Notes: a model not told the origin generated them from the letters alone. A stretch of DNA of 64,000 nt from an uncultured Candidatus Rokubacteria bacterium (GCA_963805625.1 CAWDVE010000017.1:704001-768000), one strand, 5' to 3'; counted from the first letter of the stretch, positions 9,387-20,798 are shown. Program-made: numbers and translations.

Positions 9387-10433
9387 ATGAGCGGCGCTGA
9401 CGGCGGCCCCGCATCCGCTCCCGAGCCGGAGTGGGCCAGCTGGCCGGACGACCGCCTCCTCGACCTCCGGCTCTGCGACCTCGGTCTGACTATCCGGGCG
9501 GGAGAGCTCTCGGACCGGATCGAGCAGCTCTACGACGAGCTCGAGAAGCTGGGGCTTCGCTTCCGGCCGCACTTCTGGCTCTCCGACGAGTGGTACTGCC
9601 CCGACGGCGTCCCCGGGGTGGCGATTCCCTTCTACCTGGCCCACCCGCGGCTCGCCCGGCTGGAGCTGACCCACATGCTCGAGGTCGAGGGCGGGACGCC
9701 GGAATGGTGCATGCGGCTCCTGCGGCACGAGACGGGGCACGCCATCGAGAACGCCTACCGGTTGCGCCGGCGCCGCCGCCGCCAGAAACTCTTCGGCAAA
9801 TCGTCCGAGCGCTATCGGGACTACTACGTTCCGCGCCCCTACAGCCGTCGCTTCGTGGTGCACCTGGAGCAGTGGTACGCGCAGAGCCACCCTGACGAGG
9901 ACTTCGCCGAGACGTTCGCCGTGTGGCTGGCGCCGGAGTCGAACTGGCGCGAGCGCTACGCGGGGTGGCCCGTCCTGAAGAAGCTCGAGTACGTCGACGC
10001 GACGATGCAGGAGATCGCCGACCGGCGCCCGGCGGTGGTTTCGCGGGCCCGGGTCGATCCACTCTCGCGCCTGCGAAAGACCCTACGCCAGCACTACGAG
10101 GAGAAGCGCCGGCACTACGGCCTCGACGCGGACGTCTCCTACGACCGCGACCTCCGGCGGCTGTTCTCGGCGGCGCCGGAGTTCCGGGAGCGCCCCTCGG
10201 CAGCCCGATTTCTCGGGCGGATCCGTCCCGAGGTGCGCCGCCGTGTGGCGCAGGGCACCGGCGTCTACCAGTACACGATCGACCAGGTGCTCGGGGACAT
10301 GATCGACCGCTGCCGGGAGCTCGGGCTGCGGGTCGCGGTGCCCGAGGAGCAGGCGAAGCTCGACTTCACGATCGCGCTCACGGTGCAGACGATGAACTAC
10401 CTCCACAGCGGGCGCCACCGCATCGTCCGATGA
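9387..10433 (+). CDS. Putative zinc-binding metallopeptidase (zincin-like, Peptidase_Mx-like)
   Basis: HExxH 'RHETGHA' plus 'YAQSHPDEDFAETFAVWL'. Confidence 0.8.
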   Translation: MSGADGGPASAPEPEWASWPDDRLLDLRLCDLGLTIRAGELSDRIEQLYDELEKLGLRFRPHFWLSDEWYCPDGVPGVAIPFYLAHPRLARLELTHMLEVEGGTPEWCMRLLRHETGHAIENAYRLRRRRRRQKLFGKSSERYRDYYVPRPYSRRFVVHLEQWYAQSHPDEDFAETFAVWLAPESNWRERYAGWPVLKKLEYVDATMQEIADRRPAVVSRARVDPLSRLRKTLRQHYEEKRRHYGLDADVSYDRDLRRLFSAAPEFRERPSAARFLGRIRPEVRRRVAQGTGVYQYTIDQVLGDMIDRCRELGLRVAVPEEQAKLDFTIALTVQTMNYLHSGRHRIVR

Positions 10434-11452
10434 AGCCGCTCCGCGTGCTCGCGCTGGTGCACGAGGACCTCGTGCCGCCGGACGACCCGGGCGACGCCGA
10501 TGTGCTCGCGGTGCCCTGGAAGACGGAGTACGACGTCGTCAGCACGCTGCGGGAGATGGGGCACGAGGTGCGCCCGCTCGGGGTCCGGAGTGACCTCCGC
10601 GTGGTCCGCGAGGCGATCGAGGAGTGGCAGCCCCACATCGCCTTCAACCTCCTCGAGGAGTTCGACGGCGTCGCGACCTACGACCAGAACGTGGTGGCGT
10701 ATCTCGAGCTCCTGCGGGTCCCCTACACGGGCTGTAACCCCCGGGGCCTCATGCTGAGCCGAGACAAGGCGCTCTCGAAGAAGGTCTTGGCCTACCACCG
10801 GATCCCGTGCCCGGACTTCGCGGTGTTCCCCCTCGGCCGGGCCGCGCGGCGCCCGCGGCGTCTGTCCTTCCCGCTGATCGTGAAGTCGCTCACCGAGGAC
10901 GCGTCCCTCGGCATCTCTCAGGCGTCCGTCGTGGAGAACGACGACAAGCTCCGCGAGCGGGTGGCGTTCGTCCACGAGAGCCTGGGAACCAGCGCCATCG
11001 TGGAGCGGTACATCGAGGGCCGCGAGCTGTACGTGGGGGTCGTCGGGAACCGCCGGCTCCGCGTGTTCCCGGTCTGGGAGCTTCGAATGGAGGGCCTTCC
11101 CGACGAGGCCCGGCCGATCGCGACCCAGCGCCTCAAGTGGAGCCGGCCCTACCAGAAGAAGTACGGCATCCGGTGGGGCGAGGCCCGCGGCCTGCCCGAC
11201 CCGGTCACCCGGCGGGTCCAGGATCTGGCCAAGCGGATCTACCGCACCCTCGGGCTCAGCGGATACGCGCGCATCGACTTCCGCCTCGACGCCAGCCAGG
11301 GGACGTACGCGCTCGAGGCGAACCCCAATCCCGAGATCGCGTACGGCGAGGAGCTGGCCGAGTCGGCGGAGAAGGCCGGCCTGTCCTACGAGGGGCTCCT
11401 CCAGCAGATCCTGAGCCTCGGGCTCCACTGGCGCCACGACGTCTACGCGTAG
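10430..11452 (+). CDS. Ddl-like ATP-grasp ligase
   Basis: ATGA overlap; 'PYTG', 'DKALSK', 'PLIVKS..EDASLGI', 'VERYIEGRE', 'YARIDFR', 'LEANPNP'. Confidence 0.88.
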   Translation: MKPLRVLALVHEDLVPPDDPGDADVLAVPWKTEYDVVSTLREMGHEVRPLGVRSDLRVVREAIEEWQPHIAFNLLEEFDGVATYDQNVVAYLELLRVPYTGCNPRGLMLSRDKALSKKVLAYHRIPCPDFAVFPLGRAARRPRRLSFPLIVKSLTEDASLGISQASVVENDDKLRERVAFVHESLGTSAIVERYIEGRELYVGVVGNRRLRVFPVWELRMEGLPDEARPIATQRLKWSRPYQKKYGIRWGEARGLPDPVTRRVQDLAKRIYRTLGLSGYARIDFRLDASQGTYALEANPNPEIAYGEELAESAEKAGLSYEGLLQQILSLGLHWRHDVYA

Positions 11453-11552
11453 CGACGGGGTCGCCGTCCGGCGTGAGCGACCTGGAGACATCACGGCGAT
11501 TGCGGCGAGTCCCGGCCTCGGTTTTGAGCTGGGGCTCCTGAAGAGGTCGGGG

Positions 11553-11639
11553 ATGTGCTGCGTGTTCGTGATCACCGCCTACGGATTGGGGCCGAAGGCA
11601 TTGCGTGCCCTGCGACGTCGGCGTCGGAGGAGATCATGA
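11553..11639 (+). pseudogene. C-terminal relic of a BrnT/DUF4258-like toxin
   Basis: 'VFVITAYGLGPKALRALRRRRRRRS-stop' overlaps the next ATG (ATGA); upstream in-frame sequence shows no toxin resemblance. Confidence 0.5.
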
Positions 11640-11836
11640 CGAGGACGGCATTCCCGGCGGGCTGGGACGAGACCCGCGTGCGCCGTGTGCTGGAGCACTA
11701 CGAGAGCCAGTCCGATGAAGAGGCCGTAGCTGAAGATGAGGCCGCATTCGAGTTGACGACCCACACGGCCATGGAGGTTCCAGTGGAGCTCGTGCCGGAA
11801 GTACGGGAGCTGTTGGCCAAACACCGGGCGGGTTGA
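11636..11836 (+). CDS. Small acidic antitoxin-like protein (66 aa)
   Basis: GGAGG RBS; 'FPAGWDETRVRRVLEHYESQSDEEAVAEDEAAF...MEVPVELVPEVRELLA'. Confidence 0.65.
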   Translation: MTRTAFPAGWDETRVRRVLEHYESQSDEEAVAEDEAAFELTTHTAMEVPVELVPEVRELLAKHRAG

Positions 11837-11984
11837 TCCAGATCGGCACGAGCTGGCGGTCGTGCACGGGAACACTGTCGTGGAGAGCGCCAATGGGGCG
11901 CCCGTGGAACGAGGAGGCCGCCGCACGCCCTCATGGGTGTGGCTTTCGTGGGCGTGGCTGAGGCATCGCCGCCCGCGTGATGGG

Positions 11985-13127
11985 TCACTCGCGGGCGGCG
12001 CCTCTCGCATCCGGGGCCTTCAGCCCCACGACGTTGAACGCCGGCACTGGCTTCGAGAACCCCTTGAGCGAGAGCTCCCCGACCGACTCCGCCTCCGCGA
12101 GGCCCTCCACGGCCCCCAGGAGGCGCTGCGAGACCAGGATCTGGCCGGGCTTCGCCTCGCCGCAGAGGCGCGCGGCCAGATTGGTGACCGTCCCGACGGC
12201 GCCGTAGTCTAGGCGCCCTTCGAAGCCGATGGCGCCGATCGTGGCGAAGCCCTGCGCGATGCCGATCCCGATGTCGAGCTCGTGCCCACGTTTGCGCCAC
12301 CGAGCGCCGAGCTCCCCGACCCGGTCCCGCATCGCGAGGACCATCCGGACCGCCCGTTCGGGAGCATCCGGGACCGGCACGGGGTCGTTGAAGAACACCA
12401 TCATGCCGTCCCCGGCGAAGCGCTCCAGCGTGCCCTCATGGGCGAGGATCAGCGCGCCCATCGCGGCCTGGTATTCGCGGAGGACTCCCATGACCTCCTC
12501 CGGCTCGGCGGTCTCGGCGAACGCCGTGAAGCCGCGCAAGTCCAGGAAGACGACGGTCACCTCCCGCCGGTGCGTCTTCAGGGGGTCCTCGGCGCCCCCG
12601 TCCACGATCAGCTCGGCGAGCTGCGGGGAGAAGAAGCGCCTGAGGCGTGAGAGCCGGTCGAGCTGGGCCACCTGGGCCTGGACACGCTGCTCGAGCGTCC
12701 GGTTCCACTCGGCACGCTGCGCGGACAGCGCCTCCACCGAGTCGTGGAGCTCCTTGATCCGCAGCATCGACTTGACCCGGGCGACCAGCGCGATCTGGTC
12801 CACGGGCTTGGTCAGGTACTCGTCTCCGCCGGCCTCGAGCCCCGCCACGACATCCTTCGGGTCAGCCTTCGCAGTGACCATGATGATCGGCGTGAACGGG
12901 AAGGAGGGGTCCGCCCGGAGCTGCCGGCAGACCTCGAGCCCGTCCACCTTGGGCATCATGACGTCTAGGAGGATCAGGTCCGGCAGGGACTCTCGGGCCG
13001 CGGCCAGCGCCGCCTCACCGTCCGTCGCGGTCACGACGTCGTAGCCCTGGGCCGCCAGCCGGAGCTGGAGGATGTGGACGTTCGCGGGTGTGTCGTCCAC
13101 GACGAGGATCCGCGGCGGCGTTCGCAC
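11985..13127 (-). CDS. Receiver domain fused to class III nucleotide cyclase
   Basis: REC 'ILVVDD','LLDVMMP','TKP'; cyclase 'VVFLDLRGFT','FAGDG','TNLAARL','LKG'. Confidence 0.93.
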   Translation of the reverse strand: MRTPPRILVVDDTPANVHILQLRLAAQGYDVVTATDGEAALAAARESLPDLILLDVMMPKVDGLEVCRQLRADPSFPFTPIIMVTAKADPKDVVAGLEAGGDEYLTKPVDQIALVARVKSMLRIKELHDSVEALSAQRAEWNRTLEQRVQAQVAQLDRLSRLRRFFSPQLAELIVDGGAEDPLKTHRREVTVVFLDLRGFTAFAETAEPEEVMGVLREYQAAMGALILAHEGTLERFAGDGMMVFFNDPVPVPDAPERAVRMVLAMRDRVGELGARWRKRGHELDIGIGIAQGFATIGAIGFEGRLDYGAVGTVTNLAARLCGEAKPGQILVSQRLLGAVEGLAEAESVGELSLKGFSKPVPAFNVVGLKAPDARGAARE

Positions 13128-13146
13128 GAGGCGGGCCTCCCGCGCT

Positions 13147-13512
13147 TTATCCGAGGTACTCGCGGATCTTGGCCAGCAGCAGCCGGGGGACGAAAGGCTT
13201 GGTCACGTAGGCGTCGCAGCCGGCCTCGAAGGCCTTCACATCGTCGCCGCTCAGCGCGTACGAGGTCACGACGATGAGCGGGACGGCGCGAAGCGCCGGG
13301 TTCGCCTTGATCCGTCGGGTCGCCTCGTAGCCGTCGAGGCCGGGGAGCTGGATGTCCATGAGGATGAGATCGGGGCGCTCCGTCTCCGCCAGCCTCACCC
13401 CGTCCTCGCCGGTCTCCGCCTCGATCAGCTCGAAGCCGGCCTTTGTGAGGAGCAGCCGCAGGATGCGCCGGTTCTCCTCGTGGTCCTCCACCACCAGGAT
13501 CCGCTTGCTCAC
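13147..13512 (-). CDS. Single-domain response regulator (DivK/CheY-like)
   Basis: 'ILVVED','[12 protein letters not shown]','[10 protein letters not shown]'; start overlaps kinase stop. Confidence 0.93.
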   Translation of the reverse strand: MSKRILVVEDHEENRRILRLLLTKAGFELIEAETGEDGVRLAETERPDLILMDIQLPGLDGYEATRRIKANPALRAVPLIVVTSYALSGDDVKAFEAGCDAYVTKPFVPRLLLAKIREYLG

Positions 13513-16500
13513 GGCGCCGCCACCTGCCGCTCGACCCGTACCGGCAGCGCGAATCGGAACGTCGAGCCCCGGCCGAGGGTGGACTCCACCCAGATCCGGC
13601 CGCCGTGGAGCTCGACGATCCGCTTCGCGATCGCCAGGCCGAGGCCGGTCCCGCCCTTCTTCCGGGTGCTGGAGCTGTCGGCCTGCTGGAACTCCTCGAA
13701 GATCTTCGCCTGATCCGCTTCGGAGATCCCGGGGCCGGTGTCGGCCACCGAGACCACGAAGGCGCCGTGCGAAACGGTGACCTCCACCCGCACCTCTCCG
13801 GCCTCGGTGAACTTGAGGGCATTGCCCACCAGGTTCAGGAGCACCTGGGCGATCCGCCGTGAGTCGCCCTTGCCGGGCGGCAGGTCGGGCGGCACGGTCA
13901 CGTGCAGCGCGAGGTGCTTCTCGGCGGCGAGCGATTCCACGTTCGTTGCGACGGCGTGCGTGACCTCTTCCATGGCGTAATCAGCAAGGGACAGCGTGAG
14001 CTGCCCTGCCTCAATCTTCGAGAGGTCGAGGACGTCGTTGATGAGGCCAAGCAAATGCTGACCGCTGTTCCGGGCGCGCTCGAGACTGTCCCGGATTGGC
14101 TCGGGCACCTCCCCGAAGGTCTCGTCGAGGATCAGCTCCGTATAGCCGAGGACGGCGTTGAGCGGGGTCCGGAGCTCGTGGCTCATGTTGGCGAGGAACT
14201 GGGACTTGTGCTGGCTCGCGACGGCGAGCTGCCGGCCCTGCTCCTCGACCTCGCGGAACAGCCGCGCGTTCTGGATGGCCAGCGCCGACTGGGTCGCGAA
14301 CGTCTTCAGGAGCTCCACCACCTCAGGCGGGAACTCGCCAGGAGTTCGCCGATTCACCGCGAGCGTGCCGATGACCTGATCCTCTCGCATGAGCGGCACC
14401 GCCAGCAGCGCCCGGTAGCCCATCCGGAGCAAGATGTCGCGCAAGTGCCCCTCGTAGCTGCCCTCCGGAAGGATGTCGGGCAGCTGCACAGGCTCCCGAC
14501 GCTCCGCCGCGCGTCCCGAGAGGCCCTCGCCCATCCGGACAGGCATGGCTCGGAGAGCCTCGACGAGCTCCGGCTCGATGTTGTGCGCGGCGCGAAGCTG
14601 GAACTCCCGGCTGACTTCTTCGTACTCGTAGATGGAGGCGCCGTCCGTGCCTGCGAGCTGGGCCGCCCGCGACACGATCGTGTTCAGCACGGTCTCAAGG
14701 TCGAGGGTGGAGCTGACCGCCTGACCGACCTCGCCGAGCGCCCGCAGCTCCGCGACCGAGCGCGTGAGCTGAGCCGTCCGGGCCCGGAGCTCCTGGAACA
14801 GTCGCACGTTCTCGATGGCGATCACCGCCTGGGCCGCGAAGGTCTCGAGGAGCTTGACCTGTTTGTCCGTGAACGGCCGGCACTCCATCCGGGCGACGGC
14901 GATCACGCCGATCGGCTGATCGTCCAGGAGCATCGGTACCGAGAGCGCGGTCCGGAAACCGGCTTCCACGATTGGAGTGGCGATGTATTCGGGGTCCTTA
15001 GTGAGGTCGGTGATGTGAGTCACCATCCGGGTGAGGATCGCGCGCGCCGCCGCAGTGCCGCGACCGGGTCGGATCGGGAATACCCGCCGCACCGCATCCA
15101 GCGCGTCCGGCGTCCAGTTGTGGTGCGCCACCAGGTAGATCAGGCCATCCGTGTAGCGGAACACGCCAGTGTTGGTCGCCTCGCACAGGGCTGTAGCGCT
15201 CTGTGCGATGGCATCGAAGACCGGCTGGACGTCGGTCGGCGAGCTGGAGATCACCCCAAGGATCGCTCCCGTGGCCGTCTGCTGCTCGAGGGCCTCGGTC
15301 AGCTCGCGGTTTCGCTCCTCGAGCTCCGTGAACAGCCGCACGTTCTCGATGGCGATCACCGCCTGGTCGGCGAAAGTCTTCGCGAGCTCGATCTGCTTGT
15401 CCGTGAAGGGCTGCACCTCATTCCGCCGCATGTAGATGACGCCGATGGGCACGCCTTCGCGCAGGAGCGGCGTGGCCAGCATCGTCCGGGCGGGGATACC
15501 ATCCTGCTGCGCGCGAGTCTGCCGAAAGCGTTCCAGCGTCTCGGGGAACTCCGTCTCGGGCAGCGCCAGGATGTCCTCGACATGGATCGACTGGCGATCA
15601 CGCACCGCGCGCCCCATCACGCCCCGAGGGCTCGCGGCGATGGTCACGCCGACCGGCAGGATCGCAGGCAGGGACCCATGTGCAGCCACGAGCCGAAGTG
15701 ATTCGCCTTCCAGGCGCCAGATCGCGGCATTGGCCGCGCCGCAGAATCGTGCGGCACTCTCGGCCACGACGTTCATGACCGGCTGGAGATCGGTCGGCGA
15801 GCTGGAAATGACCCGCAGGATCTCGGCGGTGGCGGTCTGCTGCTCGAGGGCCTCGGTCAGCTCGCGATTCCGCCCCTCGAGCTCCTTGAACAGTCGGACA
15901 TTCTCGATCGCGATCACAGCCTGGGCGGAGAAGGTCTTCGCTAGCGCGATCTGCTTGTCAGTGAAAGGCTGCACCTCACTTCGTCGCATGACGATGACCC
16001 CAATGGGTACATCCTCACGCAGAAGCGGCGTGGCCAGCATCGTCCCAGTGCGGACATGAACGCGCCGACTGCGTTCCAACGTCTCGGGGAACTCGGTCTC
16101 GGGAAGGGCCTCCAGGTCCAGGACATGAATCGTTTGCCGGTCACACACCGCCCGCCCGGACACGCCGCCCCGGCTCGCGGCGACGGTTGAGCCCACCGGT
16201 TGATTGGTAGGTGCGGGTCCATGTGCCGCGACGATCCGGAGGAGCTCGCCCTCCAGGCGAAGGATTGCGGCATTCGCCGCGCCGCAGAATCGCGCGGCGC
16301 TTTCGGCCACGACGTTCATGACCGGCTGGAGATCGGTCGGCGAGCCGGAGATCACCCGCAGGATCTCCGCCGTCGCCGTTTGCTGTTCGAGGGCGTCGAT
16401 CAGCTCGCGGTTCCGGGCCTCGAGCTCCTGGAACAGGCGCACGTTCTCGATCGCGATCACCGCTTGGTCGGCGAAGCTCTTGAGGAGCGCGATCTGCGTG

Positions 16501-19500
16501 TCCGAGAAGGGCCGAACCTCCGTCCGACGCATTGCGATCACGCCGATGGGGACACCCTCTCGTAGGAGGGGGGTCGCGAGGAAGGTCCGGATACCGGTCA
16601 GGCGCTGGCGCTCCCGCAACTCTGTGAAATCGGTCTCCACGGCCTCGGCAAAATCCTTGATATGGATCGTCTGTCCGTCTACTACGGAACGACCGTACAC
16701 TGTGGCGCGCGTGATGGGGATCCGGTCCCCAATCCGCCGCGTGGTATGCGCGGGCCCGTGGTGCGCGACGAGCTGGAGGGCGTCGCCATCCATGCGAAGA
16801 ATCGTGGCATCCGCCGCACCACAGAGTCGCGCGGCGCTCTCGAGCACAGCCTCCATGACCGGCTGGAGATCGGTCGGGGAGCTGGAGATGACCCGCAGGA
16901 TCTCGGCGGTGGCCGTCTGCTGCTCGAGCGCCTCGGTCAGCTCACGGTTCCGGGCCTCGAGCTCCGTGAACAGCCGCACGTTCTCGATCGCGATCACCGC
17001 CTGGTCGGCGAAGGTCTTCAGCAGCTCGATCTGCTTCTCGGTGAATGGCTGCACCTCATTTCGCCGCAGGTAGATGACGCCAATGGGCACGCCTTCGCGT
17101 AAGAGCGGCGTGGCCAGCATCGTCCGAGCAGAGATACGAGCTTGCCGGAAGCGTTCCATCGTCTCGGGGAATTCCGTCTCGGGCATCGCCAGAATGTCCT
17201 CGATGTGGATCGTTTGCCGATCACGCACCACGCGCCCACCGAAACTCCGAGGGCCTACGGAGATGATCCCGCCAATCGGCACGGACGAAGGCGTAGGCCC
17301 ATGGGTCGCGACGAGCCGCAGCGACTCGCCTTCCAGGCGAAAGATCGCGGCATTAACCGCGCCGCAGAATCGTGCGGCACTCTCGGCCACGACCTCCATC
17401 ACGGGCTGGAGGTCGGTTGGCGAGCTGGAGATGACCCGGAGGATCTCGGCGGTGGCCGTCTGCTGCTCGAGGGCCTCGGTGAGATCGCGGTTGCGGGCTT
17501 CCAGCTCCTGGAACAGCCGCACATTTTCGATGGCGATCACTGCCTGATCGGCGAAGGTCTTGGCCAGCGCGATCTGCTTGTCCGTGAAGGGCCGCACCTC
17601 GTCCCGCCGCATGTAGATGACGCCAATGGGTACGCCTTCGCGGAGAAGCGGTGTGGCGAGCATAGTTCGAGCGAGAGCGTAGGAACCACTCTGCCGCCCG
17701 CGTTCTGCCGTCTCGGGAAATGCCGTTTCGGGCAGCGCCCGGAAGTCCTCGACGTGGATCGACTTGCGCTCACGCACTGCGCGCCCACTCACGCTGCCCG
17801 AACTCGCGGCGATGGTTGTGCCGATCGGCAGGTCGACAGGTCGTGGCCCGTGTGCCGCAACGAGGCGGAGGAACTCGCCCTCCAAGCGGAGGATCGCGGC
17901 ATCCGTCGCGCCACAGAAGCGCGCGGCGCTCTCGGCCACGACGTCCATCACCGGCTGCAGATCGGTCGGCGAGCTAGAGATCACCCGCAGGATCTCAGCC
18001 GTGGCGGTCTGCTGCTCGAGGGCCTCGGTGAGATCGCGGTTGCGGGCTTCCAGCTCCTGGAACAGCCGCACGTTCTCGATCGCGATCACCGCCTGGGCGG
18101 CGAACGTCTGAAGCAGCTCGATCTGCTTCGAGGAGAAGGGCCCGGGGGCCGCGCGACCGACGGCAATGGCACCGATAGGACTTCCTTCCCGGAGCATCGG
18201 CACCGCCAACACGCTTCGAAAACCGATCGCCCGCGCAAGTGCGGTGTCGTACTCTGGCTCACTCTCGACATCGGGGATGTGGCAGACGGCTCGATCGAGG
18301 ATTGCACGACCCGCGCCGAGTCGCCGGGAGGGCGGCACGTCGTAACGCTGCCGGCTGGCCTCGAGGGCTTCGGGCGTGAAGTTGTGTACGGCCACCTGGT
18401 GGAGCAGCTCTCCATCGAAACGAGTGACGTTACAGTGCGTCCCCCCGCACAACCGCATCGCGCTGCGGGCGATGGCGTCGAACACCGGCTGCGCGTCTGT
18501 CTGAGAGCGGCTGATGACCCGCAGGATCTCGGCGGTCGCCGTCTGCTGCTCCAGGGCCTCGGTCAGCTCGCGGTTGCGAGCCTCAAGCTCCTGGAACAGC
18601 CGCACGTTCTCGATCGCGATGACCGCTTGGTGAGCGAAAGTCTCTAGGAGCGCGACTTGCCTTGCCGTGAAGGGCCGGACCTCGTTCCGCCAGATCGTGA
18701 TGGCGCCAACCGGGACGCCCTCGCGCAGGAGCGGCGTGGCCAGGGCCGTCCGAGCCCCCATGGGCCCGAGTTGGCGTGAGAGAGCTAGCGTCGCCGGGAA
18801 CTCCGTTTCGGGCAGCGCGCGCAGATCATCGACGTGGATGGTCCGTCGCTCTGCTACCGCCCGGCCGCTCACCGAGTCGCGCGTGAGAGGCCGGGTCTCC
18901 CCTATGCGTAGGGCTCCCGGCAGCGGGCCGTGCCTGGCCACCACCCGCAAGTCGTCTCCATCCACGCGGAAGATGATCGAATCCCTGGCGCCGCAGACCC
19001 GGGCGGCGTTTTCAGCGACGACGTCCATCACCGGCTGGAGATCGGTCGGCGAGCTGGAGATGACCCGCAGGATCTCCGCGGTGGCGGTCTGTTGCTCGAG
19101 CGCCTCGGTCAGCTCGCGGTTCCGGGCCTCGAGTTCCTGGAAGAGTCGCACGTTCTCGATCGCGATCACCGCCTGGTGGGCGAAGGTCTGGAGCAGCGTC
19201 ACCTGCTTGTCGGTGAACACTCCGGGGTCGCGACGCGCCACGAAGATCGTTCCGACGACCTGAACGTCGCGGAGCATAGGGACCATGAGAAGATTCCGTG
19301 CCCCGAGTATCCGTGCGCGCCGCCGTTGTGGCTCGGGTAGAGATGGCTCCGTCTCGGTGTCCGAGATGTTGAAGACACGCCCTTCGCGCACCACACGCGT
19401 CACCAATGTGTTTTCGTCCAGCGGGATGGGATACAGGCGCCTGAAGGCGTCAGCCTCTTCTTCCGGGGCGTGGACCGCGGCGAGGGTCAGCATGTCGTCC

Positions 19501-20798
19501 GAGACCAGGAGCGTCCCTCCGGACAGAGCGTTGGTCAGGCGGGCCGCGCTCTCGGCGAGCGCCTCGAACACCGGCTGGACGGCCGTCGGCGAGCTGGAGA
19601 TGACGTTCAGGATGTCGGCAGTGGCCGTCTGCTGCTCCAGCGCCTCGGTGACGCTCGCATGTGCCTCCGCGAGGGCGCGGTTCTTCTGCTGCAGCTCCGT
19701 GAACAGCCGCACGTTCTCGAGGGCGATGACCGCCTGGTCGGCGAAGGTGGAGAGGAGCTGGATCTGCCCCTCGCTGAACGCCTGGACCTCGCGGCGCCAG
19801 GTCACGATGACGCCGACCGGGGTCCCGTCCTTCAGCATTGGCACGAAGAGCGCAGTGCGGCCCCCCAGGAGCTCCACCGCCTGGACCCGGGTGGGATCGC
19901 GCTCCCCGTAGGCGCGGTCGGCCATCATGTCCATGATCTGGACAGGCTGCCGCTCTGTCACCGCACGGATCGTGCCGGTGTGGGGGCCATGCCGCCGCGG
20001 CCGTTGCCACGTTTCGACCAAGGCGCTCGGCATGCCCCGGTGGGCGACCAGCCGGAACGCCTCGCCGTCGAAGAGGAGGAGATTCCCGACGGGCGAGGCG
20101 CAGAGCGAAAGCGCGCTGTCCAGGATGGCCTCGAAGACCGGATCGACCGTCGTCGGCGAGCTCGCGATGACCCGGAGGATGGCGCCCGTCGCCCGCTCGC
20201 GCTCCAGCGCCTCGGTGACCTCCTGGAACAGCCGCGCGTGCCCGATGGCGATGGCGGCCTGATCGGCGAAGCTCTCGAGGGCGGCGATCTGCCCCGCGGT
20301 GAACGGGCGCGCCTCCGAGCGGCGGATGGCGATCACGCCGAGCACCCGTTCGTCGCTTACGAGGGGTACTGCGAGCAATGCGCGGAAGCCGCTTCGGCGG
20401 GCCAACTGGAGGGCGGTCGGGAACTCGGCCGCCGCGGCTTCGATGTCGGGGAGGTGGATAGTGCGCCGCTCCAGCACCGCTCGCCCTGCAGCCGAGTCGC
20501 GCGTGACCGGAATAGTGTCACCGGGCTTCATCGTGACTCGAATCGGCCCATGATGCGCCACCCGGTGGAGACCGTCGCCGTCGAGTCGATTGATGACGCT
20601 ATCGGTCGCGCCGCAGACCCGCGTCGCCTGCTCGGCGACGGCGTCGAGCACCGCCTGCAGGTTGCCGGGCGCGCTCGCGAGCGCGCGCAGGATCCGGATG
20701 GTAGCGGCGAGCTGCTCGCGGACTCCCGCGGGACCCGGGGTCGCCGACGTCCGGGGATTACGGGCCGGGCGAGATGGAGCTTTCCGGCGCGACGGCAT
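13509..20798 (-). CDS. Cytoplasmic histidine kinase with 12 tandem GAF domains (2429 aa)
   Basis: GGAGG RBS before ATG 20798; 12 units ending F(A/S)xQ(A/S)xxAxx(N/H)xRLF; H-box '[10 protein letters not shown]', N-box '[10 protein letters not shown]', 'DTGPGI', 'GGTGLGLAI'; no obvious TM helix. Confidence 0.93.
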   Translation of the reverse strand: MPSRRKAPSRPARNPRTSATPGPAGVREQLAATIRILRALASAPGNLQAVLDAVAEQATRVCGATDSVINRLDGDGLHRVAHHGPIRVTMKPGDTIPVTRDSAAGRAVLERRTIHLPDIEAAAAEFPTALQLARRSGFRALLAVPLVSDERVLGVIAIRRSEARPFTAGQIAALESFADQAAIAIGHARLFQEVTEALERERATGAILRVIASSPTTVDPVFEAILDSALSLCASPVGNLLLFDGEAFRLVAHRGMPSALVETWQRPRRHGPHTGTIRAVTERQPVQIMDMMADRAYGERDPTRVQAVELLGGRTALFVPMLKDGTPVGVIVTWRREVQAFSEGQIQLLSTFADQAVIALENVRLFTELQQKNRALAEAHASVTEALEQQTATADILNVISSSPTAVQPVFEALAESAARLTNALSGGTLLVSDDMLTLAAVHAPEEEADAFRRLYPIPLDENTLVTRVVREGRVFNISDTETEPSLPEPQRRRARILGARNLLMVPMLRDVQVVGTIFVARRDPGVFTDKQVTLLQTFAHQAVIAIENVRLFQELEARNRELTEALEQQTATAEILRVISSSPTDLQPVMDVVAENAARVCGARDSIIFRVDGDDLRVVARHGPLPGALRIGETRPLTRDSVSGRAVAERRTIHVDDLRALPETEFPATLALSRQLGPMGARTALATPLLREGVPVGAITIWRNEVRPFTARQVALLETFAHQAVIAIENVRLFQELEARNRELTEALEQQTATAEILRVISRSQTDAQPVFDAIARSAMRLCGGTHCNVTRFDGELLHQVAVHNFTPEALEASRQRYDVPPSRRLGAGRAILDRAVCHIPDVESEPEYDTALARAIGFRSVLAVPMLREGSPIGAIAVGRAAPGPFSSKQIELLQTFAAQAVIAIENVRLFQELEARNRDLTEALEQQTATAEILRVISSSPTDLQPVMDVVAESAARFCGATDAAILRLEGEFLRLVAAHGPRPVDLPIGTTIAASSGSVSGRAVRERKSIHVEDFRALPETAFPETAERGRQSGSYALARTMLATPLLREGVPIGVIYMRRDEVRPFTDKQIALAKTFADQAVIAIENVRLFQELEARNRDLTEALEQQTATAEILRVISSSPTDLQPVMEVVAESAARFCGAVNAAIFRLEGESLRLVATHGPTPSSVPIGGIISVGPRSFGGRVVRDRQTIHIEDILAMPETEFPETMERFRQARISARTMLATPLLREGVPIGVIYLRRNEVQPFTEKQIELLKTFADQAVIAIENVRLFTELEARNRELTEALEQQTATAEILRVISSSPTDLQPVMEAVLESAARLCGAADATILRMDGDALQLVAHHGPAHTTRRIGDRIPITRATVYGRSVVDGQTIHIKDFAEAVETDFTELRERQRLTGIRTFLATPLLREGVPIGVIAMRRTEVRPFSDTQIALLKSFADQAVIAIENVRLFQELEARNRELIDALEQQTATAEILRVISGSPTDLQPVMNVVAESAARFCGAANAAILRLEGELLRIVAAHGPAPTNQPVGSTVAASRGGVSGRAVCDRQTIHVLDLEALPETEFPETLERSRRVHVRTGTMLATPLLREDVPIGVIVMRRSEVQPFTDKQIALAKTFSAQAVIAIENVRLFKELEGRNRELTEALEQQTATAEILRVISSSPTDLQPVMNVVAESAARFCGAANAAIWRLEGESLRLVAAHGSLPAILPVGVTIAASPRGVMGRAVRDRQSIHVEDILALPETEFPETLERFRQTRAQQDGIPARTMLATPLLREGVPIGVIYMRRNEVQPFTDKQIELAKTFADQAVIAIENVRLFTELEERNRELTEALEQQTATGAILGVISSSPTDVQPVFDAIAQSATALCEATNTGVFRYTDGLIYLVAHHNWTPDALDAVRRVFPIRPGRGTAAARAILTRMVTHITDLTKDPEYIATPIVEAGFRTALSVPMLLDDQPIGVIAVARMECRPFTDKQVKLLETFAAQAVIAIENVRLFQELRARTAQLTRSVAELRALGEVGQAVSSTLDLETVLNTIVSRAAQLAGTDGASIYEYEEVSREFQLRAAHNIEPELVEALRAMPVRMGEGLSGRAAERREPVQLPDILPEGSYEGHLRDILLRMGYRALLAVPLMREDQVIGTLAVNRRTPGEFPPEVVELLKTFATQSALAIQNARLFREVEEQGRQLAVASQHKSQFLANMSHELRTPLNAVLGYTELILDETFGEVPEPIRDSLERARNSGQHLLGLINDVLDLSKIEAGQLTLSLADYAMEEVTHAVATNVESLAAEKHLALHVTVPPDLPPGKGDSRRIAQVLLNLVGNALKFTEAGEVRVEVTVSHGAFVVSVADTGPGISEADQAKIFEEFQQADSSSTRKKGGTGLGLAIAKRIVELHGGRIWVESTLGRGSTFRFALPVRVERQVAAP

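Noticed and set aside
10430-11452. Calling the ATP-grasp gene ddl or a van resistance ligase
   Set aside because: Lacks Ddl substrate motifs and any mur or van context
14790-19760. Regularly spaced repeats as a CRISPR array or DGR template/variable repeats
   Set aside because: Period is about 540 nt, in-frame coding linkers; no cas or reverse transcriptase gene seen
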